A DNA stretch of 64,000 nucleotides from Azolla caroliniana (Eukaryota; Plantae; Polypodiophyta): assembly GCA_043228905.1 (NCBI GenBank), contig JBHGNT010000002.1, positions 5,518,001-5,582,000 of the forward strand, read 5' to 3'. Under the pieces are notes generated by a model, which was not told where the DNA came from, searched no databases, and saw only the letters and a program-made list of their open reading frames with translations. Positions 39,009 through 52,800 of this stretch are shown here, in pieces (position 1 is the first letter of the stretch; every line of letters starts with the position of its first letter). The position numbers and the translations under genes are program-made.

Positions 39009-40107
39009 TTGCGGCTCAGAAAAGAGCCTCCATGGGGGCCAATTTATAACCTTTCACCCACGGAGTTAGAGGTTCTTCGGGAATATATCGATGAGAACTT
39101 GGTGAATGGGTTTATCCAACATTCAAGATCTCCTGCCGGCGCACCCATATTTTTCGTTAAGAAGAAAGATGGTTCGCTTCGTCTACTCGTGGATTATCGA
39201 GGATTGAATAAAGTAACTATTTGAAACCGATATGCTCTACCATTGATTTCGAGCCTTCTGGAACGCCTCAATGGAGGTAAGTATTTCACGAAGTTAGATC
39301 TTCGAGATTCTTACAATCTTGTTCGAATTCGTCCTGGGGATGAATGGAAGACTACTTTTCGTACTCGCTATGGCCATTTTGAGTATACAGTGTGCGAGAT
39401 GTACAATGTTTTTTAGGGTTCGCAAACTTTTATCGCAAGTTCATCAAAGATTATTCAAAGATCGTATTGCCCCTCACTCAACTGACACAAAAGAATCGAC
39501 CATTTGTGTGGAGTATAAATGCAAACTCTGCATTTGAAGGATTAAAGCAAACATTTACATCCGCACCAATTTTGATGCATGTTGATCCATTGAAGCGCTT
39601 TATACTGGAAGTTGATGCATCCGACTTCGCACTAGGAAGCGTATTATCCCAAATTAGCAATGATGGCCAATTGCACCCTGTGGCTTTTCATTCACGGAAA
39701 TTCGAAGCTGCAGAAATCAACTATCAGATTCACGACAAAGAGCTTCTTGCCATTGTGGATTCTTTTCAACAATGGCGTCATTTTTTGGAGGGTTCGTCTC
39801 AACAAATCATTGTCTATAATGATAACAAAAATCTAACGTACTTCCAAAGTGCTCGAGTAATGTATTATTAGTTATTACAATATATTTAGAGTATTCTAGA
39901 ACATTCTAGGATATTCCATGATTATATTAAATATCATAAATATCTAAAATATTGTAGAACATTCTAGAATACTCCATAAGGACCTATAAATAGGTGTCTA
40001 TTCATTCATCACAACTCATTCGGTTCAACACCAGTTTGTAGCCCCTTAGCCTACTCTTTGTAATCCTTGCTCTCTTATAATATAAACTCTCTTTCCATTT
40101 CTAGTGT

Positions 40108-40154
<47 letters not shown>

Positions 40155-40202
40155 CTTCTATTGTCATCTTATTTTTCTCTCTCCTATTCTCAAGTCACGA
40201 CA
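39009..40202 (+). mobile_element. Deleted A-family fragment (partial RT, RH, partial LTR)
   Basis: RT/RH nearly identical to A. 39860-40202 matches the A LTR and ends CACGACA. Confidence 0.85.
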
Positions 40203-40580
40203 CATTATAGTAAATCTCCATGGGGTGCACCAGTTCTCTTGGTTAAAAAGAAAGAGGGCACATGGTGTATGTGTATTAATTACCGACACTTGAATAAAGT
40301 GACAATCAAGAATTCGTATCCATTGCCCCGGGGTGACGATCTAATTGACCGTCTCCAGGGAGCTCAGTATTTTACGAAATTTGATCTCTGTACTGGCTAC
40401 CATCAAATTCGTATAAGTGAGGATGATGTTCCTAAAACGGCATTTCGTACACGCTATGGCCATTATGAGTTTTTGGTTATGTCTTCTCAATGCTCGACTA
40501 CATTTCAACAAGAAATGAATGACATTTTCCGAGAACAACTTGGAAAATTTGTCGTTATTTTCTTGGATGATATTTTAGTT
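40203..40580 (+). pseudogene. RT fragment duplicated from element F
   Basis: Nearly identical to 43365-43742. Confidence 0.9.
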
Positions 40581-43500
40581 ACGTGATTTTAATATCGAAT
40601 GTTTTCATTTATGGGGAAAGGATCTTGGTGGCCGTCCTCACATTTTTGTGAAAATGGCGTTGTCACCATCCCTTTTTTCAACAATGTTTTATTATTGACA
40701 TTCTCGTTGGTGACTTCGATTTTATTACGTAAAGAAATGCCTATAGCCACAATGATGTTGAGAACGTAGGGCTTGACCCACTTCATGTGAGGTCGCTCCT
40801 ATGACACACATATCCAACATCCCTCCCTCATTACATGGATACGATGCCACCATGAGATCATTCTTACGAGAGGCATTCGTAATGACGTAACCATGTGATG
40901 GGCCACGTGGGCCTACTACGAAAAGAGGGCTCATTTGGTTTGACCATTAGGTTGCACTTTAACGTATGCCATCATAATTACGAGACTTGAGGTTAGGTAA
41001 CGTACCAACATATTTTGTAGTAAACGAGGGGGAAATAAGGACTCTTGACATATATGTTTCTTTTTAGAAAACATATATGGGCAAATGCCTCGCATATCAC
41101 TTATACGCATGAAACATTAAACATTCAAGAAGAGCAACCTACTTGGTTGGCTCCAGTGTTTAATGCATTTGTTCTCGAGGTCTCGAGTTCAAATATAACC
41201 AAGACCATACAACATCATTGATACATATGACTATAACACATCTTTAGACTTGAGGTCTAAGTGCACTTCGGTGTCCTCGTAATAGGACTTAAAGAGCCAA
41301 AACCACATATGTGGGCACAGAAACATAATTTATTATCAACATTTTTTTCGTGTATAAACTACTCATGACGCGAACATGTTGAGCCTCGAGGAGCCGCCAT
41401 GAAAAAATTGATATAGAGATAAGGGAAAGACATTAATTTGTCACCCCCATGGTTTTTAAAACACCTTTGTGTTACCATAGTAACCTGATCTTGAACCTCA
41501 CCTCATACGTCTAAAGGGGTATTGACGTGAGATCATGATAACTATTAATGTTTGTCCATGATATGTTTACATCACGACATGATGTTATGACTATTTGTCT
41601 AACCTTATCCTATTTCTTTGCCAGAAATAATCATTCAATGGCTCAAAATAACAACCCAATGTCATCCGCTCAAGTAAAAAGGAACTCAAGGAAATCCTCC
41701 TGGACAAATGTCCATTGAGATGTATTTTTCGCAAATAACCCAATACCTTAGTTTCACCACTCAACAGATGACCTAACTTCGGCAATCTCAAAGTGCTCTC
41801 GAAGCACGTGTCATTAGTTTACAACATGAGACTAATAAACCTGATGAGCGACAGGGTGAACCATCATTTGTCGTTAAGCCATTTATGGGAGAAAAAAAGG
41901 AAAGAACCGAAGAAGCAATCTGCACATGGCTCGGCCAATGGGAGTCTCATTTTGAGCTCTATCCCACGCCAAATAGTACGAAGATTGCATATGTCGGCCA
42001 AGAACTAGGAGGTAAGGCTGCCACCTAGTGGCATGGGCTCCGAACTTTGGGGAAATTGCCCGATACCTGCACATATTTTGTCACAGTTTTTAAGGGCCAA
42101 TTTCTGCAACCTCCCTCTCCAACCGAGGCAGCTCAAGCCTTAATGAACCTCTCTAGCCGGAAGTTTTCCTCGCTAGAGGATTATGTTCACCATGCTAGAA
42201 CCCAAATCCAAAAGTCGGGTCTAGAAGGGGACAATTGGTTGATAGCTTGTTTTCTCAATGGCATCCCCAATTCGGACTATCACTGGATAGTGCACGATAA
42301 GGATCCAAAATCCTTCGAAGAGGCCGTTGAAATAGTTCTTCGCTATCAACACACTTCGAAGAAGGACCACAACAAACCCAACGAAGTGCCTGGGACTAAG
42401 CAGTCACAATTCGCTGGGAAACGCAAGACACCCAACGAATTCATGGATAACGATTGTAAGCGACAACATCCTTTTTGCGTATTCTGCAAAAAGAAGGGTC
42501 ATACAAAAGAACAATGTCGAAAGCTCCAACGGAAAGAGAACGATAGCAAAGCTAAAGCTGCAGACCATAAAGCTCAGATTCCTAATGTCCTTCAAGTCTA
42601 TACACATCATTTAAGTAATTCTCAATGTTCTTTCCCTCACTATGTATTGGGTCCCAATGATTTACTACGTGCAAACGGGTATATCAATGGATCTCCCGTA
42701 CCATTTTTGTTTGATTTGGGAAGCTCACACAACTTTGTGAATGATCGTTTGGTTCAGATATGGGGAATCCAACCCACTATAAGTGATCACACCTATACGG
42801 TGCACTTGGCTGATGGAAGAGTACAATACATCAATGGGGCGATTCATTCATTAGGAATTTCTATTTATACTTATATAGAGGAAGTAGACATCCATGTAAA
42901 GAATCTTTGTACCACTTATGTAATATTGGGTTATCCATAGTTCTATAATAAAAACTCTTCTTTATCTATTGATTGGGGTCATCATTCAATAACATTTATA
43001 TTGGACGATTGTACTCATTTTATTCAATGTGCAAAAAAATAATCCCTCTCGATTGTTTCCTCTCCATCAATATCCGAGTTGTCTTGTTCTACTCTATTTT
43101 ATTGTGTACTCTACAATATCGATAATGTCTCGGTTCAATTAACATATTTTGAACAACAACAACTTGATGAAATCTTAAATGATTTTCGTGATGTTTTTCC
43201 GAGTGAACTACCAGATGGGTTACCTCCTAAACATAATATAGACCATCGTATAGATATTGTACATGGCGTTGCACCAATAAGTATACCTCCTTATCACTTA
43301 CGTCGATCCGAAGAGGATGAGGTATCTAAGCAACTCAAGGACTATTTACGAATGGGTTATATACGTTATAGTAAATCTCCATGGGGTGCACCAATTCTCT
43401 TGGTTAAAAAGAAAGAGGGCACATGGTGTATGTGTATTAATTACGGATGCGTGAATAAAGTGAGGATCAAGAATTCGTATCCATTGCCCCGGGGTGACGA

Positions 43501-46500
43501 TCTAATTGACCGTCTCCAGGGAGCTCAGTATTTTACGAAACATGATCTCTATACTGGCTACCATCAAATTTGTATAAGTGAGGATGATGTTCCTAAAACG
43601 GCATTTCGTACACGCTATGGCCATTATGAGTTTTTGGTTATGTCTTCCCAATGCTCCAACTACATTTCAACAAGAAATGAATGACATTTTCCGAGAACAA
43701 CTTGGAAAATTTGTCGTTATTTTCTTGGATGATATTTTAGTTTATAATCGTTCATTACAAAAACATGCTAAACATGTCCGCTTTGTTTTACAAACAATTT
43801 TATGCGAAGATCTAAAAATGTGAGTTCTTCAAGAAATCAATTACTTATCTTGGACATCTCATAACTGAACGAGGAGTTGAAATTGATCCTTCTTGCATCG
43901 AGAAAATCAAGCTTTGGCCCACTCTTTGGAATATTTGAGAAGTTCGATTATTCCTTGGTTTTGTCAGGTTTTTGCGAAAATCTCTTCGTAATTACTCCCA
44001 ATTGACAACGCCGTTTACTGATCTCCTAAAAGGTCAAACACGTAAGTCTACAAAACCTATTATCTGGAATGCTACACTAGACCTCGCCTTTAAGGAACTC
44101 AAGGACCTGGTGTGCAAGGCTCCTTCACTTCTTTTACCTGATCCTTCAAAACCTTTTGAGGTTGAAACCGATGCAAGAGATTATGTTATAGGTGTTGTCT
44201 TATATCAAGATGGTAAACCAATAGCATTCGAGAGAAAGAAACTTGATTCTGCTCAATGTCAGTATACCGTTCAAGAAAAGGAGTTATTTGCAGTTATACA
44301 TGCGCTCAAAACATGGCGCCATTATCTTTATGGAAATCGCTTTGTGGTAACTATGGACCACGAGTCCTTGAAATATTTTTGTGACCAACAAGACCTAAAA
44401 GGTCGTAAGGCATGATGGGCTAATCTCATCCAGGACTTTGATTTTTCCATACGATATCGTAAAGGTTCCATGAACACTGTCGTTGATGCACTAAGTCACA
44501 TCCATGAAGTTAACATACTTAGCTTCACTAAAATGCCATCAGATCTTTATGATCGCCTTCGAGGAAAGTATCTTGATGACAGTTATTTTGCGAAATACTG
44601 GGCAAGAGTTCAGTCTGGAATAGACACCACCACATCCTCGAAGGAATACTTCCACATTGCTAATGGTCTGCTCTACCGTAATGGGAAGGTTTGTGTTCCA
44701 AATTTGCCTGAGGTCAAAAAGAGAATTCTTTTTTAATGTCATGATGCACCCTCAACAGGGCATCCTAGAATACATCGTACACTCATTCTAATCTCCACTC
44801 AATTCTATTGGCCTAAGATGCGCCCTTACATACATAGCTATGTGACTAAATGTCACCAATGTCAAGTTAACAAAGCCGCATGACTTTTACATCCCTTTGA
44901 CATTCCCAATAATAAGTGGGAAAGTATATCCATGGATTTTATTGTTAGCCTTGCTCGCACCCAAAAAGGCCATGATGCCATCTAGGTTGTGGTTGATAGA
45001 CTAACTAAAATGGCCAGATTTATTGCTACTAAAACCACAGTAATAGCTCCTGAATTGGCTTACCAATTCGTTGACGAGTGATTTCGTTTTTATGGGTTAC
45101 CGATGGATATTGTGAGTGATCGAGATCCAAAGCTTACTAGTGACTTCTGGACACAAGTCTTTAAGAAGTTAGAAACTACATTGAGCAAGAGCTCCATGGA
45201 TCATCCTCAATCCGATGGACAGACAGAACGAGTAAATCAAATTATTGAGGACATGCTTCAAGCATACGTTGGTACAAAACCAACAAAATGGGAACATTAT
45301 CTCCCAATTTTGGAGTTTGCTTATAACAACTCCAAGCATACGTCGACGGGATATAGTCCTTTTATGTTGATGTATGGTTTTCAGCCACGAGCCCCAATTG
45401 ATGTTAATATACATCATGATGAGTTGCGAAGTACACAAAACTTTCTTCGGGATATGCAAGATATGTTGCATATTGCACGAGATAATATAAAAAGAGCTCA
45501 AGATAAAGCGCGTTTTTATGCCGATCATCATAGGCAACCTCGTGTATTCAACCCTGGACAGAAGGTATTTTTACATGTACCTCACAATTCTAAGACATTG
45601 TCTAAGGGTACGTGCGCTAAGTTAGCCCCATGGTTTTGTGGACCTTTTACAGTCCTCAAACGCATTGGCTCATTAGCCTATCGTCTCGCTCTTCCCGATG
45701 GTGTTGAAATTCATCCAGTTTTTCATGTGAGTTGTCTAAAAGAACTTCTAGGTTCTTGCGACAATACAGTTACAACTAAAACTCTGGTTACTTCTAAAGA
45801 ATTATCTTCTAAACCACATGTACAAGGAAGAATTCTCAATATTAAAACAAAAAAATTATGTACTAAAGAAATTCGAGAATTTAAAATAACATGGATGGAT
45901 AAATCAATAAAAGATGCCACGTGGGAACGCGAAAATTCTCTCAGAACTACCTTCCCTAACTTTCCATTGCAAGAGTGCAATGTTTTAAAGAGGGGGAGTA
46001 TGTTATGGGCATGACGATATAATATCTTGTGGTGAGAATTTACCGTAGTATTCTATACACGTGGATAAGTGTGAGGGTTGGTTAAACGAGAGTGTAAAGA
46101 AAGGGAGGATTACTTTTAATCCTCAGGATTGAGACAACCCATTAGACCAAGTGTGAACTTGCCTGGGGCCTTGGGTATCGCTATAAATAAGAGGCCTAGG
46201 TACCCTCATTTCATCATCTTGTTGACTACGTGGAGACTCTGTCTTGTGGTGGGTCAACTCTTGTAGTTAGCGCGCCAGCACCAGGTATGACTCAACGCCA
46301 CGGTGGTGGTATGGGACGCCGATCGAGGCTGAAGTCCGTCTCGATCCCTTCTCTCAGGGGTGGTCGGGTGGATCGGCACCCTTCTTTCTCTCTCTCCTTT
46401 CTGTCTAGATCTATCTTTTATCCTTATTTTATGCTTACATTAGTTCATGTCTCTAACAACTTGCGTCCAACTTCGGTTAGAACGGCATCAAGTGAGCCAA

Positions 46501-46573
46501 GTTGTTACACTCCATCACAGTTTGTAGCTAACTCTAGACAAAGTGTATTATACCAACACAGGTGGCTTCAACA
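40581..46573 (+). mobile_element. Element F: decayed chromovirus (leader, gag, pol, 3' LTR); 5' boundary uncertain
   Basis: CVFCKKKGHTKEQC, LFDLGSSHNF, FLDD, RH, IN and degenerate chromodomain (FKITW...DATWE). PPT aagagggggag. LTR 46001-46573 (TGTT...CAACA). Confidence 0.85.
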
Positions 46574-47637
46574 TCTGGCTCGTCAGAGATGAGTCTAAGG
46601 AAGTTCGATGGATCGAACTTCAATTTCTAGAAGGAGCAGATGCAAGACTATTTAATAGTCAAGGGGAAAATTGACCCCATTGAGAATGAAGACCCTCCAG
46701 AAGGATAAAAGTCACTTGAATGGGAAAAGCTCGACAGAATCGTCCGAGCCACCATTCGAATGCACCTATCGGAGTCCGTGTACTTCACGGTGCAATCGTG
46801 TTCGACTACCTTCCAACTTTGGAAGACACTTTTGGACACTTACGAAAAGAAGTTCGTTGCCACCAAGATGCACCTGATTCAGTGCCTTTATAATCTTCGA
46901 ATGAAAGAGTCTGACTCGGTCCAGGCACACCTGAACGAGTACGAAAGCTTAAGCTCCCAAATTTTGGCCCAGGGGACAATTATCGAGGATGAACTAAAAG
47001 CAATGTTGCTTATGAGTAGTCTTCCTCCTTCGTGGGAAACTTTCGTCACAACCATGTGTAATGCGTCGACAGCTGCCGTCAAGTACTCTTCAGTCACAAG
47101 TGCAATTCTAACTGAAGCAGCTCGGACAAAATCGTTTGCTAACGATTCAGCCAACAACGCTTACGTAGTACAAGGTTCGACTAACCAATCGAATAGCCAT
47201 GGAAGAGATTCTTCACGGCAGCCGAACAATCAGCAAAGTCAGAGCAAGTCACGGGATAATCGAGTATGCAACTACTACAAGAAACCTGGACACATCAAAG
47301 CCGATTGTCGTGCACTCAAAGCCAACAACAATAAGGCTCAGCGATCCAAGCAGAAGGGTGGCCGACACGAGGAGATCAACTACATCGGTTCTTTGGTCGA
47401 AGTATTGATAAACGACCCTAATATACTATCAATTGAGAACCCAATCGAATCAAAAGTTTTGCTTACGACTGAAGAATCGAGCACATGGCTCTTAGATTCG
47501 GGTGTGTCTTTTCATGTGACTCATCATCGATCCCAATTTTGGTAATACACGGCCCGACATTCCGACTCATTTCGGGTAGGAAATTCACAACATTGCGACA
47601 TAATTGGAATCGGCATGGTAGAGCTCAACCTTGCAGG
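46574..47637 (+). pseudogene. Ty1/copia gag-protease fragment (Tork-like)
   Basis: KFDGSNFNF, LMSSLPPSWETF, degenerate CCHC and WLLDSG. Confidence 0.85.
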
Positions 47638-49150
47638 TGTCAGGAATAGTACTAAAACAGAGAGAGAATTAGTACTAGAGAAGGGAAGTACTATTAGTAC
47701 TAAGAGGACGGACTACGTAAGACTCACGATGTCGTGAAGATCCGTCACTAGGCGCGGATCCCGAGGCAGAACCGCCAAGGTTCTGGACCAGAAGGATCGA
47801 AGTTCGCACCAAGCTTAGTGAGAAAGTATTTAGGATAGATTGAGAGAGAGAAAGAGATTAAGATTAAACGCTTGACTTAGATTGAGAAATATTGATATGG
47901 CCAAGAGAGAGAGAGAGATCGAGATTAAGATTTTAACTCTTGATTTAAGAAACAAGATATATCATCAATGAATTTTCTTCTCATTAATTTCTTCATTCAT
48001 ACATGGATCCATAATACATTTTCATCCATCCTTTTATAGATGCCCCCATGCATATGATGCATGTTTGCCATTTGGCGCTCGTGTATTACATGTGGTGCAT
48101 GATAACCATGTCACTCGTTTTAGCTCTCACACATAAGAATTTACATGTAAAAGTGCGATGATAGAAATATAATTTAAACTAAATATCTTGGCTTAGTGGT
48201 AAGCCAATTGACTCCTAACTTGGAGGTGCAAGGTTTGAATCCTTACTTGCCCTCCTTGTATATGTATATATATATATTTATATATTTATATATTTATTTA
48301 TCTAGTCGTCGAACGCCGGTTCACCGGGCGATGTCGTCGCCTCGTCGACGCCGGATGCCCGTCGGTTACCTGTGGCCGCCGCCTCGCCGGCCGGTTCGCC
48401 GGATGTCATCGCCTCGCCAGTGCGCCGCCAGATGTCAGTTCCACCAGCTCGCTAGCTCCGTCGGATGTCGGTTCCGCCGGATCACCGGTTGCCGGTGTGC
48501 CACCGTCGCTTTGCCGCCGAATCACCGACTCCATCGCCGGTCCAGTTTTAGTTGGCCAAAACCTTTACGAGTGGCAAGGCCACCTCCACTCTTAGTTCAA
48601 GTTACCTTGAACTCTCTATGCTCCACACATAGACACAAAGATAATAGCTTTTGCTCTACCTTATATATGATGAGAGTCGTATTTATCGTGCCTATGTGGG
48701 ATATCTCACAATTTTCTCTTTTTCTTTCGCAACTTCTTACCCACATAAGTTGACACTTAGATGTCTGTTTCTTATGTAGTAAAGTGCACCTCTCCAAGAT
48801 CTTCGTCTTTTGTAATAAGATATTAAACTTACTTAGAATTAGTATATTCACTATTATTGTTTTATATGATTGACATTTGATTTCGTACGTCTTATGTGAT
48901 TTTCACACCATTGCCGAAAATCTTCACGACAACGAGAGAGAGATAGTGAAGGCGAGAGAGAGAGAGAGAGAGAGAGGATGATGATAACAGATGATATATT
49001 ATGTGAAGAGTAAGTACAAAATAGCTATGAGGCTTAAGACTGGCGTTGAACCAATTTGGTTCGAAATAATGCCTTGTGCCTCTTTTTATAGTGTTCTCAG
49101 GAATAGTCCTGAACCTTCTAGAATGTTCCAGAGAAATCTGGAATATACAC
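47638..49150 (-). repeat. B-family LTR (truncated), split by a solo LTR
   Basis: 47638-47729 and 48932-49150 match the reverse complement of the B LTR (tgtcagga..., ttgaaccaatttggttc, ttctagaatgttcc). Confidence 0.8.
47730..48931 (-). mobile_element. Solo LTR-like insertion of the TGTCGT-ended gypsy group (orientation inferred)
   Basis: 12-bp terminal inverted repeat TGTCGTGAAGAT/ATCTTCACGACA. 4-bp TSD ACGA (47726-29 and 48932-35). Minus-strand TATA at ~48035. Confidence 0.8.
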
Positions 49151-49810
49151 CACAAAGATCAAGAAAATTTGTGACTCACTCAGCCCCATCAACGTGATGG
49201 TGGACGAAGGCCCATTTTTGTTTCAATACCTTGAGGATGACAACAATCGATAAAAGGCTATAAAAGAAAAGAACATTTGCAAAACCAATCAATATTAATA
49301 ATGTTGAAATGAGAAAAAAAGGCCCCATTAATGAACAATGTCTTGAGATGAGGCATTGGGGCAAAAGTGATGAGAGTGGTCGATTATACACACTTTGCCC
49401 CCAAACAAGTTTGAGAGTTTGAGTATCACACTTTGATACAATGCTCGCCTTTGATCATATTTGGCCATGTTTTCCACACATCCTTAATTGACTCATCAAA
49501 AAAATTCCTAAACTCCATAAATAATTGATCATAGACTAGTTTGTCGGGACTAACAAGTATTATGTTACACTACTATATTCACTTTATTATGAATATTACT
49601 TTAATACCATTCATCAATTTTATCAAGATTTAAAATAGTTTACACTTAAAATTTTCAAAGAATTTCTACAGTCATCCAAAAGGATATTTTCAAGATAAAT
49701 TTATACACATGCAGATTATAGGTATAGGGGAATGCCCAAATCTAGACCTATAATCATCAATAGGACTATTTAGGGAAGATGATAAAATATGCTTTTGTAT
49801 TTGGTATTTG

Positions 49811-52800
49811 GGAGATATACACAGAGAGAGTAGAACACAAAGGCTATATTCAAAAACAATATGGACACTCTCTGTGTATACAACTGTGCTCAGTAGCACT
49901 ATTTATACAAGTCCTCATGGGACTGACAAAAGTACCGCGTACTTCAATGCTCACACGAGCATCTGACACTTACTACGAGACTATAACTACCTAGTAGTCT
50001 AAACTAATACTAGGCTTCCAATTACCGATTGGATACGGTTAACTGGCTCCCCAGCTCACCGGCTTACCGATCCGTCTCGCTCACTGGCTCAGGCTTATCC
50101 AGCCGATCCGGCTCCAGTTGAGCTTGCCGCTCAACACTCCCCCTCAAGCTCAACTTGAGGTTGGATCCTAGTGTCAACCTCTGTGGCATTCGGTTCTTCC
50201 AACCGACTTCTCCTGGCGTCACTCTGCCTTGCTTGCGCTCCTCGTCCGGTCCGGTTCTGTTTGCCGCGACCCCTCTTGTTCTGCGCACCTCGACCTCCTC
50301 GGTTGGCTTGTCTGCTCAACATGCCCAATTCAGCTCCCTTGCTGTTGTGACTTTGGCGCGTTCCAGTTCGCCGATTCCTTCGTGTTGGCGTCGACTTTCG
50401 CTGCCTTCTCGTCCTCTTGGCCTTGAGTTGATCCGGTTCTTCTGAATCTGTTTGTTGAACCAAATCGATTGTCTTTGATTCGTTCTAGCTCTTGTCCGAA
50501 TCGGTTGCTCCCGATTCGTCTTCTGGTTCCAAGCCCTTCACCACATCGAACCATGTCCGGGTCTTGGCCTTCTTCCTTCGGTCAGCTCTATCCTTCTTGA
50601 CTCTGCCACCGTTGCCGCTTGTTCCAACTTGTTTGGACGTGTTGACTCCCCTTGTCGACTTGGCTCCTTTTTTCTTCTTGACTCTCCCTTCGTCGGTTCT
50701 TCCCTCACCGACACAATCGGCAGTCTCTTTGCCTTTGCCCGTTCTCCCCCTCAAGTGTGGCACGTCGAGATGTTGAACACCAAGCATTTCGGTGAAGTGT
50801 TGCAACTTGTCCGATACGAGTGGTTTGGTGAAGATGTCGGTAACTTGCCAATCCATGTGAACATACCGAAGTTCAACCTCACCGCTCAGGAAACGCTCAC
50901 GCACGAAGTGATAGTGCACTTGTATGTGCTTTGTGCGAGCATGGAATACGGGGTTCTTAGCGAGTTGCATGTTGCTTATGTTGTCGCAGTAGACCAGAAT
51001 CGGGGTCGGTACCTCGATCCGTAGGTCTTGTAGTAATCGTCGAAGCCAAATGGCTTCACAGGTGGCAATGGTAGCGCCCCGATACTCAGCCTCAGTGCTC
51101 GACAGAGCAACTGTTGGCTGCTTTTTGCTGCTCCACGCAACAGCCGCGCTACCTAGGGAAAACATGTAACCAGAGGTTGATCGGCGATCCGATGCATCAC
51201 CGGCCCAGTCGGCATCTGTGTAACCGACCAGCTCTTCGGGTATACCGCGCCGGTATAACAGGCCCCGGTCCTTCGTGCCGCTTACATATCACAGTATCCG
51301 ATGCGCGCACTGAAGGTGCTCCACGGTCGGCTTCTGCATGAATTGACTTATCATTCTAACCGGATAGCTGATGTCGGGTCACGTGATAGTCAAGTAAATA
51401 AGGCTTCCGACAATTTGTCGGAACCGTTGCTCGTTGTAGGCCGATCCGGAGTTGGGACGAAGCTTTTGGTTCCGGTCCAAGGGTGTGGAGACAGGTTGGC
51501 ATTCTGTCATGCCGAACTTGTACAGCATATTCAAGACGTAATGTCGTTGTGAGAGCAATATGCTGTCAGGGGTTCGGATCACCTCAATCCCAAGAAAATA
51601 ATGAAGGTCCCCTAGGTCCTTCATCTCAAATGCGTCTGACAACTGGGACTTGACGCGGTTGACTTCTGGAAGACCCGGTCTGGTGATGACTAAATCATCA
51701 ACATATAACAGGATACATACCGGACCGGCTGAGCCTTGCCGGATGAACAATGAAGAGTTGGACTTGGAGGCCGCAAACCCCATCTTGCACAACTGATGCG
51801 TGATCTTCGCATTCCAAGCTTGAGGGGCTTGCTTCAGGCCGTACAACGACTTCTTCAGCCGGCATACCGTCGACTTGTTCATCTCCGATTGAAAACCGGA
51901 GGGCGGAGTCATAAAGACTGCTTCTTCAAGATCACCCTGAAGAAACGCATTCTTCATATCCATCTAGTGAAGATGCCACCCTCTTGCTGCAGCAACCGCC
52001 AGCACCACACGAACCGTCGTCATCTTAGCTACCGGAGCGAAGGTCTCGTCGTAGTCGATTCCGTGGGTCTGCGCGTATCCCTTCGCCACTAACCGAGCCT
52101 TCTACCGGTTAATTGAACCGTCGGCGTTGTACTTTACCTTGTACACCCACTTGCATCTAATCGGTTTACAGTGACAGGGAGGGTCAACTAGGTCCCATGT
52201 CTCGTCGACATCAAGTGCCCGCATTTCTTCCTCCATAGCGGCACGCCAATTTGCGTCCTTTGCCGCTTCTGCGTAGCTCTCCGGCTCACGCACTTCTGCC
52301 ACCTTAGTCATGTACGCATAGTGATGCGCCATGTACTCATTGTACCCGTACCGCGTGAAGGGATCCTTCTGGCGGGTGGACCATCATAACTCTCTGTTAC
52401 CTGGTTTGAGGCCCTTTTGGTCGGTTCAGTCTTCGTTGCCGAAGATCTGCCTTTCTCCTTGCCGGAGTCGGATGCATACCGATCCGACTCATTGTTGCCA
52501 ATTTCGAATTCCGACATCTTTTTCTTCCCTTTCTCTTTGCGCGTGAACCGTCTCCTTGGTTCCTTGCGCTGGGAGAGCACGACAGAGTCTCCACTACTCG
52601 CTGGTTCCTCATCGGACTGGTCAAATTGACTCAGTCTCTCGTTCGGCCCACTCAACCGAAACGATTCCGGACTCTCATCCTGAGTCCACGTTTCATCATC
52701 ATTTACCTAGGCCGGTTCAGGCTCACTAGCCTCATCGTCCGGCATCGGGTCGGATTCGGAAGTCGGAGCCGGTAAGGAGTACCACGATGCCGATTCATCG

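Noticed and set aside
48196-48753. 185-aa ORF
   Set aside because: Low-complexity GC patch inside the solo LTR with no protein motif.
47730-48931. MITE/DNA transposon because of the 12-bp terminal inverted repeats
   Set aside because: TG...CA termini match the C-family LTR start, and the 4-bp CpG TSD and internal TATA fit a solo LTR better.
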